Positions 17,665-27,076 of a stretch of DNA of 64,000 nt are shown one piece after another. Where the stretch lies: positions 6,376-70,375 of IMG/VR virus record IMGVR_UViG_3300046616_000603; one strand, given 5' to 3'. Below the pieces are notes generated by a model. The model was given only the letters and a program-made list of their open reading frames with translations. It was not told the DNA's origin and ran no database searches. This DNA is from a virus. A program made the position numbers and the translations under genes. Position 1 is the first letter of the stretch, and each line of letters begins with the position of its first letter.

Positions 17665-20069
17665 AGCGCGACGACTTCACCTTTGACCTTCAGTTGGACG
17701 GCAGCGCTGAGACTGCGCGTGCGCCAACTGCTGCCCACCCACCAGCGCGCCGCACGCCGCGTGCGCCGAAAATCCGAATCAAGCTCCCGCAACTGGACCT
17801 CGGCCACGAGCTCATCATCGACAACTTCGCCGGTGGCGGTGGCACGAGCACAGGCTTGGAAGCGGCGTTCGGCCGACCGGTCGATATCGCTATCAATCAC
17901 GATCCCGAAGCGCTGGCCATGCACGCCATCAACCACCCGCACACGAAGCACCTGTGCGAAAGCGTGTGGGACGTCGATCCGATCAAGGTCACGAACAACC
18001 AGCCCGTCGCACTGGTCTGGCTGTCTCCGGACTGCAAGCACTTCAGCAAGGCCAAGGGCGGCACGCCCGTGTCGAAGAATATTCGCGGCCTTGCCTGGGT
18101 GACGCTGCGCTGGGCGGCGAAATGCAAGCCCCGGGTCATCATGCTGGAAAACGTCGAGGAGTTCAAAACGTGGGGACCGCTGATGCTGGATGCCGAGGGT
18201 AACTGGCGCCCTGACCCCGCGAAGAAGGGTAAGACCTTCGAGAGCTTCCTGCGCCAGCTGCGCGGCCACGGCTACACGGTCGATTACCGTGAGCTGCGCG
18301 CCAGCGACTACAACACGCCGACGATCCGTAAGCGCTTCTTCCTGGTGGCGCGCCGTGACGGCCTGCCGATCCAGTGGCCGGAAGCGACCAATGCCGCACC
18401 GACGTCGCAGGCCGTCGTCGCTGGCAAGCTCGCGCCGTGGCGCACGGCCGCCGAGTGCATCGACTGGTCGATCCCATGCCCCTCGATCTTCGAGCGCAAG
18501 CGCCCGCTGGCCGACGCCACGATGCGCCGCATCGCCAAGGGCATCATGCGCTACGTCGTCGACGCGGCCCAGCCGTTCATCGTAGGGCAGGGCGGCCCGA
18601 TCTACTCGGGCAAGCCGGTTTCTGCCGACCAGCCGTTCGGCACCATGACTACGGAAAATCACCGCGCCGTCGTCGTGCCCAGCATCGTACCTGTGACGCA
18701 CCAGGGTGCCGACCGAAGCGAATCCGTGCACGAGCCATTCCGTACCATCACCGGCGCGCAGCGTGGCGAGAAGGCGCTGGCCACCGCCACTATGGTGCAG
18801 GTCGGATATGGCGAACGCGCGGCTCGATACCGGTGCGGCGCCTGCGGCGAGGACTTCGAAGATAAGCACGCGACCGGCGCCGGCGGTCTTGCGCCTGCAG
18901 AGTGCCCGGCGTGCGGAGAGGAAGCGCGAATTACCCTGATTTCCGCTCCGCAGCAGCCGCGCGCGCTCGACATCGAGAAGCCGATGGGCACCGTTGTTGC
19001 GGGCGCCGGAAAGGCGGCGCTGGTGACGGCGTTCTTGAACGAGCACGCCAACTCCAGCAACCAGCGCACGATGCCCGCCGATGAGCCGCTGCGCACCATC
19101 TGCGCTCAGGTCAAGGGCGGCCACTTCAGCGCTGTGTCCGCCACACTGGTGGGCGTGGGCGGTCGCGCCGGTGATAGTCGCCCACGCAGCGCGGACGAAC
19201 CTGCCGCGACGGTCACGGCCAAAGGCGATACTGCGCTTGTAACCGCGCATATCCAGCGCGACATGGGTATGAGCGTGGGCCATCCGGCCGACGTGCCGAT
19301 GGGGACCGTCATGCCTGGCGGCGGTGGGAAGTCGGCGCTGGTCACGGCGCACATCACCAAGTTTCGCACAGGCGCGACCGGCAGCGACATGAACGAGCCC
19401 ATCCCAACTATCACCGCAGGACCGAAGGAAAATCCGGCCGGCGCGCCTCACGCATTGGGTATCGTGACCGCTCACATCGAGGCCATGTATTCGCAGAAGG
19501 GCGATGAATCTCGCGGCCAGGATGCGCGTGAGCCGATCAAGACCGTGACGGCAAGCGCCCGGCATGCGGTGATGACGAGCAGCCTTGTGAAGTTGCGGGG
19601 CACCAGCAGCACAGCGGGAATGGATGAACCGCTGCACACAGTCAGCGCTGGCGGCCAGCACCACACCGAGGTTCGCGCATTCCTGGTGAAGTACTACGGC
19701 ACCGACCAGGACCCGCGTCTTGAAGAGCCGCTGCACACCGTGACAACGAAGGACCGCTACGGACTGGTGACGATTCAGGGCGTGGACTACCAGATCGTCG
19801 ATATCGGCCTACGCATGTTGGAGCCGGCCGAGCTTTACCGCGCGCAGGGCTTCCCGGCCGACTACGTGATCAAGGAAATCCCGGACCCGGAACTGCTGTT
19901 CAAGGATGGGCACCAGGCCGACGGTGATCCCTTGCTGCTGCCGCGAGTGGCGCTGACGAAGTCGGCCCAGGTGCGCATGTGCGGCAACAGCGTCTGCCCG
20001 CCGCTGTCCGAGGCGCTGATCCGCGCCAACTTCACGCACGAGCGTGAGATGGGGATGGTGGCGGCGTGA
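17661..20069 (+). CDS. DNA (cytosine-5) methyltransferase with expanded repeat region
   Basis: Motif I DNFAGGGG, motif IV SPDCKHFS, motif VI MLENV, motif VIII TIRKRFF, motif X MCGNSV. Confidence 0.92.
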   Translation: MKRDDFTFDLQLDGSAETARAPTAAHPPARRTPRAPKIRIKLPQLDLGHELIIDNFAGGGGTSTGLEAAFGRPVDIAINHDPEALAMHAINHPHTKHLCESVWDVDPIKVTNNQPVALVWLSPDCKHFSKAKGGTPVSKNIRGLAWVTLRWAAKCKPRVIMLENVEEFKTWGPLMLDAEGNWRPDPAKKGKTFESFLRQLRGHGYTVDYRELRASDYNTPTIRKRFFLVARRDGLPIQWPEATNAAPTSQAVVAGKLAPWRTAAECIDWSIPCPSIFERKRPLADATMRRIAKGIMRYVVDAAQPFIVGQGGPIYSGKPVSADQPFGTMTTENHRAVVVPSIVPVTHQGADRSESVHEPFRTITGAQRGEKALATATMVQVGYGERAARYRCGACGEDFEDKHATGAGGLAPAECPACGEEARITLISAPQQPRALDIEKPMGTVVAGAGKAALVTAFLNEHANSSNQRTMPADEPLRTICAQVKGGHFSAVSATLVGVGGRAGDSRPRSADEPAATVTAKGDTALVTAHIQRDMGMSVGHPADVPMGTVMPGGGGKSALVTAHITKFRTGATGSDMNEPIPTITAGPKENPAGAPHALGIVTAHIEAMYSQKGDESRGQDAREPIKTVTASARHAVMTSSLVKLRGTSSTAGMDEPLHTVSAGGQHHTEVRAFLVKYYGTDQDPRLEEPLHTVTTKDRYGLVTIQGVDYQIVDIGLRMLEPAELYRAQGFPADYVIKEIPDPELLFKDGHQADGDPLLLPRVALTKSAQVRMCGNSVCPPLSEALIRANFTHEREMGMVAA

Positions 20070-20071
20070 GC

Positions 20072-20479
20072 TTAGCCTTCGTCAGGAATGTTATAGGCGT
20101 TTCTCAACTGGATCATTGCGGGATTGATGCAGTCAACACAGCCAAACCAGTCACTTCCTCGAAGCGAGTTGGTGTTCCAGTTGCAACCCATTTCGTCTGG
20201 CGCGTGCCAGTGGATTTCTGCAAATACGGCGTCGCGGCAATCTTCGCAGGCTGCCGCTGCAGTACTAATCAGTCTCTGCAAGTCAGTCTTCGCTCGAATG
20301 GTCTTGCCGTTCTTGTCGCGCGATGCCTCGTAATGCTGTACCCAGTCTGCCTTCGCGCTGTCTTCATCCGGAAAGCTAATTGGGGAGCTGCTGATCGCAA
20401 GTGGCTTGTGGTCATGCACGAGAGTCACCCAAACCCATCGACCATCGGTGTCTTGAATGACTTTGTAGTTCGAATCCAT
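20072..20479 (-). CDS. Antisense cargo protein with Cys pairs
   Basis: 135 aa; CEDC...IHWHAPDEMGCNW...CVDC; GGAGG RBS. Confidence 0.7.
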   Translation of the reverse strand: MDSNYKVIQDTDGRWVWVTLVHDHKPLAISSSPISFPDEDSAKADWVQHYEASRDKNGKTIRAKTDLQRLISTAAAACEDCRDAVFAEIHWHAPDEMGCNWNTNSLRGSDWFGCVDCINPAMIQLRNAYNIPDEG

Positions 20480-20511
20480 AACGCCTCCGTTATTAAAAAG
20501 GCAAATATATC

Positions 20512-20934
20512 ATGATCTATGACCTCTCCCGCGCGGAGCGCCAGCACCGCGCCATCCAAAACGAAAAGCCCGGCCCGGTTCACCAGGTGAAGCGCTGCGC
20601 ATGCGGCGCCAAAGTCACCGCGCGCCAACTGGGCCAGCACGGCAAGTGCGAGCACTGCCGCCTGACGGCCGGCCTCGCCGAAGGCGACCTCGACAAGCTG
20701 CGGCACATGCTCGGCGCAACGGCGCACGACTCGAAATCGCACTGGGGCTTCCGCAACCACTACCTGTGCAACGTCCAGGACCGCGCGGCGATGGAGCGCT
20801 TGGTTGCGGCCGGCCTGGCGCGCGCCGGCGAGCAGCTGCTGCGCACGCAGTATTTCCACGCGACGCGAGACGGCTTCCGCGCCGCAGGCCTTGATCGTGC
20901 CGGCATCGCCCGTGCGCTGGAGGCTGTACTGTGA
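20512..20934 (+). CDS. Hypothetical phage protein with Zn-finger-like N-terminus
   Basis: CACG...CEHC; LRHMLGA...WGFRNHY. Confidence 0.65.
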   Translation: MIYDLSRAERQHRAIQNEKPGPVHQVKRCACGAKVTARQLGQHGKCEHCRLTAGLAEGDLDKLRHMLGATAHDSKSHWGFRNHYLCNVQDRAAMERLVAAGLARAGEQLLRTQYFHATRDGFRAAGLDRAGIARALEAVL

Positions 20935-22160
20935 ATCAGGCCGATATCTTCGCAGTCGGCTCCACGCGGCTGCAGATGACTGACTCCATCGAGATGACGA
21001 TCCAGTCGCTGTTGGCCTACGGCGCTTCGCACGATCACTGGGGCATCGCCTGGTCGGGTGGCAAGGACAGCAGCGCCACGCTGACACTGGTGATGTGGCT
21101 GCTAGATACCGGCCGCGTGCCGCGCCCGAAGACCCTGACTGTGTTTTACGCGGACACGCGGCAGGAGCTGCTGCCGCTGGCGCACGCCGCTAGCCAGATC
21201 ATTGACGAGTTGCGCGAGCGCGGCATTCAGGTCGAGATCGTCATGGCGCCGATGGATAAGCGCTTCATGGTTTACATTCTCGGGCGCGGTGTGCCGCCGC
21301 CAAACAACAACACGCTGCGCTGGTGCACACGGCAAATCAAGATCGACCCAATGCAGCACGCGCTGGAACAGCGGCTGGCCGAGCTGGACGGCCAAGTGCT
21401 GATGATCACCGGCGTCCGCCAAGGTGAGAGCGCCATCCGCGACCAGCGCATCGAGATGAGCTGTAGCAAGGACGGAGCTGAATGCGGGCAGGGGTGGTAT
21501 CAAAAGGTGCTGCCCGAAGCGAAGGGCTTGCGCGGCCGACTCGCCACGTTGGCGCCGCTGCTGCACTGGCGCGTCTGCCACGTGTGGGAATGGCTGCGCC
21601 ACTGGGCGCCCGGTGCGGAGTTTGGCGACTGGAGCACGGCCGCTATCGCCGAGGCTTACGGCGGCGACGAGGCCGAAGAGATCAATGCGCGCACCGGCTG
21701 CACGGGTTGCCCGTTGGTCGACACCGATATGGCGCTGGACAACATCCTGACGAACCCGCGATGGGCCTACTTGGCACCACTCAAGCGCATCAAACCGCTG
21801 TGGCGAGAGCTGCGGTTGCCGCGGCACCGCCTTCGCAAAGCTGGGCTGGAGATCCTGAAAAGCGGAAAGGCTGCGGCAAATCCGCAGCGCATGGGACCGC
21901 TGACCTTTGAGGCGCGGCTGATGGGTTTGAGTACGATCCTCGCCATTCAGAACGAGGTGAACGATGCTGCGCGCGCCCAGCGCCGGCCAGAGGTGGACCT
22001 GATCAACCCCGAGGAAGAGGCGCGCATCCGCGAGTTGATCGCACTGGAGACCTGGCCGGACGGCTGGGATGGCGACGAACCTCTGGCTACGACCATTATG
22101 GATACGGTCTACGCCAATGGCGCCGTGCAGCCGCTGTTGTTCTCGGAGGCTGATTCGTGA
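20931..22160 (+). CDS. PAPS-reductase family protein (DndC-like)
   Basis: PP-loop WSGGKDSS, RWCTRQIKIDP, GVRQGESAIRD, RTGCTGCP. Confidence 0.88.
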   Translation: MNQADIFAVGSTRLQMTDSIEMTIQSLLAYGASHDHWGIAWSGGKDSSATLTLVMWLLDTGRVPRPKTLTVFYADTRQELLPLAHAASQIIDELRERGIQVEIVMAPMDKRFMVYILGRGVPPPNNNTLRWCTRQIKIDPMQHALEQRLAELDGQVLMITGVRQGESAIRDQRIEMSCSKDGAECGQGWYQKVLPEAKGLRGRLATLAPLLHWRVCHVWEWLRHWAPGAEFGDWSTAAIAEAYGGDEAEEINARTGCTGCPLVDTDMALDNILTNPRWAYLAPLKRIKPLWRELRLPRHRLRKAGLEILKSGKAAANPQRMGPLTFEARLMGLSTILAIQNEVNDAARAQRRPEVDLINPEEEARIRELIALETWPDGWDGDEPLATTIMDTVYANGAVQPLLFSEADS

Positions 22161-22161
22161 A

Positions 22162-22470
22162 TCACTGCTTCATGTATGCGGCTATCGCTACTACCAGTGC
22201 AAAAAATGATACGACGGCAGCGAAGGCTGCTGCCCGTACCGACGCGGCCGATGACTTAGCCGCAGCTTCCGCTGCGGCGACTCCTCGCTCCGCAATTTCA
22301 TCTTGTTTGTTTGATGCTGCCAATCGCTCGTCGCGCTCCGCAACTTCGAGCCAAGCGAGCATGTATTGCCGCTGCATTATGTCGGTGACCAATTGGACCG
22401 CAGCCTTAGTGCCTGAGATTCCCCTGTGCTCACATTGTTCTGCATATGGATTGTCGTTGCGCCGAATCAT
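22162..22470 (-). CDS. Antisense cargo protein with C-terminal TM
   Basis: 102 aa; GAGG RBS; C-term AAFAAVVSFFALVVAIAAY. Confidence 0.65.
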   Translation of the reverse strand: MIRRNDNPYAEQCEHRGISGTKAAVQLVTDIMQRQYMLAWLEVAERDERLAASNKQDEIAERGVAAAEAAAKSSAASVRAAAFAAVVSFFALVVAIAAYMKQ

Positions 22471-22500
22471 GTTGCCTCTGCGTAAAAGTAGGATCGTACC

Positions 22501-22947
22501 ATGATGCGCCGCACTCCCATGAAGCCCGGCAATGCACCGATGAAGCGGACCGCGTTCGCGCGCAGCGAGCGCATCGAAGCCCGGGAGGTGGCGAAGACCA
22601 CCACCAAGGTTGCCCGCGCACGCGGCCTCAAGTCCAAAGGCCCGAAGATGACGCCGATCCGCAAAGCCGCGCGTGGACAGGACTGCACGATCCAGTTGGA
22701 AGGCGTCTGCAACCGCGACCCGGCCACGTCCGTGCTTTGCCACAGCAACGCGCTGGCGGACGGCAAGGGCATGGGCCTCAAAGCTCCTGATACTGCCGCC
22801 GCAATCGGCTGCAGCGCCTGCCACGACGTGCTGGACGGCCGGCGCCCACGTCCAGCCTGGCTGACGAAAGCGGCCGTCGATTTGGCATTCCGCGCCGGCG
22901 TGTCGCTTACTCACCAATTTTTACGCATGAAGGGACTGATCGAATGA
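22501..22947 (+). CDS. YbcO/DUF1364-like nuclease
   Basis: IRKAARGQDCTIQLEGVCNRDPATSVLCH...GMGLKAPD...GCSACHD. Confidence 0.85.
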   Translation: MMRRTPMKPGNAPMKRTAFARSERIEAREVAKTTTKVARARGLKSKGPKMTPIRKAARGQDCTIQLEGVCNRDPATSVLCHSNALADGKGMGLKAPDTAAAIGCSACHDVLDGRRPRPAWLTKAAVDLAFRAGVSLTHQFLRMKGLIE

Positions 22948-23291
22948 TGCAACGACATGTTCAGGCGCTCGGCCGGTTGAAGGTCGGCGCCATGAACAAA
23001 ACCGAACAGGTATACGCCAACACGCTGGAGCTGCGCCGGCGCGCTGGCGAGGTGGTCTGGTTCAAGTTCGAGGGCATCAAATTTCGACTCGCGGACAACA
23101 CGTTCTACACGCCCGATTTCATTGTGATGCTGGCCAGTGGCGCACTGGAGGCACACGAAGTGAAAGGGCATTGGCAGGACGATGCCCGCGCCAAGATCAA
23201 GATCGCTGCCGACATGTACCCATTGCAGTTTATCGCCGTCCAGCCTCTACCGAAGAAGGCGGGCGGCGGCTGGAACATTGAACAATTTTAG
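22944..23291 (+). CDS. DUF1064-like PD-(D/E)XK nuclease/resolvase
   Basis: MNKTE...FYTPDF...HEVKGHW. Confidence 0.78.
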   Translation: MMQRHVQALGRLKVGAMNKTEQVYANTLELRRRAGEVVWFKFEGIKFRLADNTFYTPDFIVMLASGALEAHEVKGHWQDDARAKIKIAADMYPLQFIAVQPLPKKAGGGWNIEQF

Positions 23292-23308
23292 AAAATTACG
23301 GAGAAATA

Positions 23309-25948
23309 ATGAGCGCTTTTAGCCCTGAAGAACAAAAACTGCTGGTGCAGGCCGAGTATGGCCAGTTCCTGCGCGAGAAAATCAAGCTGGCGCCGCGCCG
23401 TGGCTTCAACGTGCCACTGGCCGAGATCAATCCGGCGCTCAAGCCGCACACGCGCGACATGGTGCGCTGGGCGCTCGCCGGTGGCCAGCGCGCGATATTC
23501 GCCAGCTTTGGCTTGCATAAGACCGCCACCAACCTCGAAATCATGCGCCTCATCGGCATCCATCGCCCTGGCCTGCGTCTGATCGTGCTGCCGCTGGGAG
23601 TGCGCCAGGAGTTCGTGCGCGAGGCGCGCCAGCGCTTCACCGGCGAGTATGCTATGAAGTTGCAGTTCATCCGGTCCACGGCCGAGATGGTCGACCCGGA
23701 CGTCATCTACCTCACGAACTATGAGACCGTCCGCGACGGCAAGATCGACGTGACGCGGTGCCGCGCGGTGGCGCTGGACGAGGCGGCCGTGCTGCGCAGC
23801 TACGGCAGCAAGACCTTTCAAGAGTTCCTGCCGATGTTCGAGTCGGTCGAATTCAAGTTCGTGTTCACAGCCACGCCGAGCCCCAACCGCTTGAAGGAGC
23901 TGATCCACTATGCCGGCTTCCTGGGCACTATGGATACTGGTGAGGCGCTTACTCGCTTTTTCCAGCGAGACAGCGAAAAGGCCGGCAACCTGACGCTGTA
24001 TCCCCATAAGATCCGGGAATTTTGGCTGTGGGTAGCCAGTTGGGCGCTGTACCTTCAGAAGCCGAGCGACCTGGGCCACTCGGACGAGGGCTATGTGCTG
24101 CCGCCGCTCGACCTGCAGGTGCACGAGGTGGCCAGCAACTACGAGGCCGCCGGCAACGAGAAGAACGGGCAGGGGCTGCTGATCCCAAACGTCGCGATGG
24201 GCCTGTCGGCCGCTGCCGGCGAGAAGCGCGAGAGCTTGCTCGACCGTGTTGCGAAGGTGGTCGATCTGCTGCGCGGTCGGCCCGCCGGCGCACAGGCCAT
24301 CGTCTGGTGTGACCTGAACGACGAGCAGCGCGCGCTGGAGAAGGCTATCGCGGCCGAGGGCTGGACCGTCTCTTCGCTGGACGGCAGCCAAGATCAGGAC
24401 CTCCGCGAGCAGCTGATGGACGATTGGCGTGAGCGCCGAACCGATATCTTCCTGTCCAAGCCGGTGATGTACGGCGCCGGCCCGAACCTGCAGCAGTGCC
24501 AGCTGATGATCTTCGCCGGCATCGGCTTCAAGTTTGCAGACTTCATCCAGGCCGCCCACCGGATCTACCGCTTCGGCCAGGCCGGCACCTGCAGCGTGCA
24601 TCTGATCCACACCGAAGTAGAGCGCGCGGTGCTGGCCATCCTGATGGAGAAATGGCGCCTGCACGACGACGCCGTGGCTATGATGGGCGAGATCATCCGA
24701 GAATACGGGTTGGACCAGCTGCAAATGCAGGACACGCTCGCGCGCACCATCGGCGTGCAGCGCCAGGTCGCCGTCGGAGAGCACTTCACGGTGGCGAACA
24801 ACGACTGTGTTCTGGAAGCGCTGGAGCAGCCGGACAATTCTGTTGGCATGATCCTGACGTCGATTCCATTTGGGAACCAGTACGAATACAGCCCGAGCTA
24901 CAACGACTTCGGCCACACCGTGGACAATGACCAGTTCTGGCGGCAGATGGACTTTCTGACGCCGCAGCTGCTGCGCATCCTCCAGCCAGGCCGCATCTAC
25001 GCCTGCCACGTCAAGGACCGGATCCTGTTCGGCAACGTCACTGGCGCCGGCGTTCCGACGGTCAGCCCTTTCCACGCCGAGGCGATCTTCCACGCCCAGA
25101 AGCATGGCTTCGACTACATGGGCATGATCACGGTGGTGACCGACGTGGTGCGCGAGAATAACCAGACCTACCGCCTGGGCTACTCCGAGGTGTGCAAGGA
25201 CGGTACGAAGATGGGTGTAGGCATGCCAGAGTACATCCTGTTGTTCCACAAGCCACAATCCGATCGCTCGCGCGGCTACGCCGACGTGCCGGTGACCAAG
25301 CAGAAGCCGCTGTGCATCGACGACGCCGGCACCGCCGTGTCGTTCGATCGCAAGCTGGCGCCGATCCCCGGCACCGGCTACAGCGTGGCGCGCTGGCAGG
25401 TCGACGCCCACGCCTTCTGGCGCTCAAGCGGCAACCGCCTGCTGGGTGCGGCAGAGCTGGCCGCCTATGGGCCCGGCAAGCTGGCCAAGCTGTTCACCGA
25501 GCTGTCGCTGACCAATGTCTACGACTACGAGCTGCACGTCGCGACCGGCGAGCATATGCTGGCCGCCAACGCGCTGCCGGCCACCTACATGAGCCTCGCA
25601 CCGGGCAGTAGCGATCCGATGGTCTGGCATGACATCGTCCGCATGCGCACCTTGAACGGCGAGCAGTCGGCGCGCGCGGTCGAGAACCATGTATGTCCGT
25701 TCCAGATCGATATCGTGGACCGCTTGATCAATCGCTACACGAATAAGGGTGACATCGTCTACGACCCGTTCCACGGCCTCGGTACCGTCGGCGTGCGCTC
25801 GGTCAAGCTGGGCCGCCGAGGCGCCGGTTCGGAATTGAACGCCGGCTACTTCCGCGACCAGGTGCACTACTTGCAGCTGATGGAGCGCGAGGTCAGCATG
25901 CCCACGCTGTTCGATCTGGCCGCGCTGGATCAGGAGAACGCATCGTGA
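23309..25948 (+). CDS. SNF2-like helicase fused to an N4/N6 DNA methyltransferase
   Basis: FGLHKT, LDEA, TATPSPN, QAAHRIYRFGQ; TSIPF catalytic motif and YDPFHGLGT SAM motif. Confidence 0.88.
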   Translation: MSAFSPEEQKLLVQAEYGQFLREKIKLAPRRGFNVPLAEINPALKPHTRDMVRWALAGGQRAIFASFGLHKTATNLEIMRLIGIHRPGLRLIVLPLGVRQEFVREARQRFTGEYAMKLQFIRSTAEMVDPDVIYLTNYETVRDGKIDVTRCRAVALDEAAVLRSYGSKTFQEFLPMFESVEFKFVFTATPSPNRLKELIHYAGFLGTMDTGEALTRFFQRDSEKAGNLTLYPHKIREFWLWVASWALYLQKPSDLGHSDEGYVLPPLDLQVHEVASNYEAAGNEKNGQGLLIPNVAMGLSAAAGEKRESLLDRVAKVVDLLRGRPAGAQAIVWCDLNDEQRALEKAIAAEGWTVSSLDGSQDQDLREQLMDDWRERRTDIFLSKPVMYGAGPNLQQCQLMIFAGIGFKFADFIQAAHRIYRFGQAGTCSVHLIHTEVERAVLAILMEKWRLHDDAVAMMGEIIREYGLDQLQMQDTLARTIGVQRQVAVGEHFTVANNDCVLEALEQPDNSVGMILTSIPFGNQYEYSPSYNDFGHTVDNDQFWRQMDFLTPQLLRILQPGRIYACHVKDRILFGNVTGAGVPTVSPFHAEAIFHAQKHGFDYMGMITVVTDVVRENNQTYRLGYSEVCKDGTKMGVGMPEYILLFHKPQSDRSRGYADVPVTKQKPLCIDDAGTAVSFDRKLAPIPGTGYSVARWQVDAHAFWRSSGNRLLGAAELAAYGPGKLAKLFTELSLTNVYDYELHVATGEHMLAANALPATYMSLAPGSSDPMVWHDIVRMRTLNGEQSARAVENHVCPFQIDIVDRLINRYTNKGDIVYDPFHGLGTVGVRSVKLGRRGAGSELNAGYFRDQVHYLQLMEREVSMPTLFDLAALDQENAS

Positions 25949-26136
25949 CCCGCCGCCGTGCTTTGACTGATGACCAGGTGCGCGCGATCCGCGCAGCGCA
26001 CAAGCCTGGTGTTCGTGGCGCCGGGTACCGGGAATTGGCGCGCCGGTTCGGCGTGGCCGAATCGACGGTCCGCGACGCGCTGACAGGGCGGACTGCCTAC
26101 GCGGTTGCAGTGGAGGGCGTCCGTGAACTATTTTGA
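25945..26136 (+). CDS. Small HTH protein
   Basis: LTDDQVRAIR...YRELARRFGVAESTVRDAL. Confidence 0.75.
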   Translation: MTRRRALTDDQVRAIRAAHKPGVRGAGYRELARRFGVAESTVRDALTGRTAYAVAVEGVRELF

Positions 26137-27076
26137 GCACCACATTGGCGACTATGACAAGAACACGTCACACCTGTCGGCCTGCGAGGATGGCATCTAC
26201 TGCCGCATGATTCGCCGCTATCTCGACAAGGAAGTTCCGCTCGATCCGGACACGGATGAAATAAAACGCGTGGTCCGCGCACGCACTCGTGAGGAAAAAA
26301 AATCAGTTGATGCTGTTCTCAAAGAATTTTTTTATCTCGAGGCGGATGGCTGGCACCACAAAACCTGCGACGAAATTATCGCGGCCTACCAGGCCGGCGA
26401 GCCAGAGCGCGAGGCGAAGAAGGCCAACGAGGAAACGCGCCTGAAACGGCATAGGGACGAGCGTGCAGGCCTATTTGCGCAGCTTACAGCAGCGGGGCGG
26501 CATGCTACTTGGAACATCGGGATCAAGGAATTGCGCTTGATGGTGGCCTCGTTGCATGAGCCGGAAACGCCCCAACCTGCAACGCCACCTGTAACGGCAC
26601 CTGCAACGCCTGCAACGGCTACCCATACACCAATACCCAATACCCATACACCAGACACCATAGGTATACCTTCTTTGTCGGCGAATGACGCCGACCCGCA
26701 GATTGTCGACGGGGATGGCATCGCGCCGGAGAAGAAGCAAAAGTACACCGAGGAGGACCAGCGCTGCGCCGAGTGGATCTTCGACCGTATCCTGAAGACC
26801 AACCCCAAACACTCGCGGCCGAAGTTCACAAAGTGGGCTGATGAGGTGCGCCTGCTACGTGAGGGCAAGAAGATCACGCATCGCGAGATCTGCGAGATGT
26901 TTGACTGGGTGCAGACCGACACATTCTGGCGCGCCAACATCCTCTCGCCGGCGAAGCTGCGCGACAAGTGGGACCAACTGACGATCAAACGCGGCACGCC
27001 GCAGAAAGGACAGAAACATGACAACTTTGCCGCGCAGGATTACCGGGCAGGAGTTCGCGCCGATGGCTCGTTCTGA
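26123..27076 (+). CDS. Phage replication initiator (YdaU/DUF1376 N-terminus, lambda O-like C-terminus)
   Basis: NYFEHHIGDY...EDGIY; WADEVRLLRE...FWRANILSPAKLRDKWDQL. Confidence 0.88.
   Translation: MNYFEHHIGDYDKNTSHLSACEDGIYCRMIRRYLDKEVPLDPDTDEIKRVVRARTREEKKSVDAVLKEFFYLEADGWHHKTCDEIIAAYQAGEPEREAKKANEETRLKRHRDERAGLFAQLTAAGRHATWNIGIKELRLMVASLHEPETPQPATPPVTAPATPATATHTPIPNTHTPDTIGIPSLSANDADPQIVDGDGIAPEKKQKYTEEDQRCAEWIFDRILKTNPKHSRPKFTKWADEVRLLREGKKITHREICEMFDWVQTDTFWRANILSPAKLRDKWDQLTIKRGTPQKGQKHDNFAAQDYRAGVRADGSF
26561..26660. repeat. Iteron-like repeats inside the initiator gene (probable phage ori)
   Basis: CCTG(C/T)AACG at 26576, 26588, 26600, 26609, a variant at 26561, then CCAATAC/CCATACA repeats. 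Confidence 0.65.

Noticed and set aside
26561-26660. Short repeats as a CRISPR array
   Set aside because: 9-mers and 7-mers inside a coding gene with no spacers or cas genes; they fit ori iterons.
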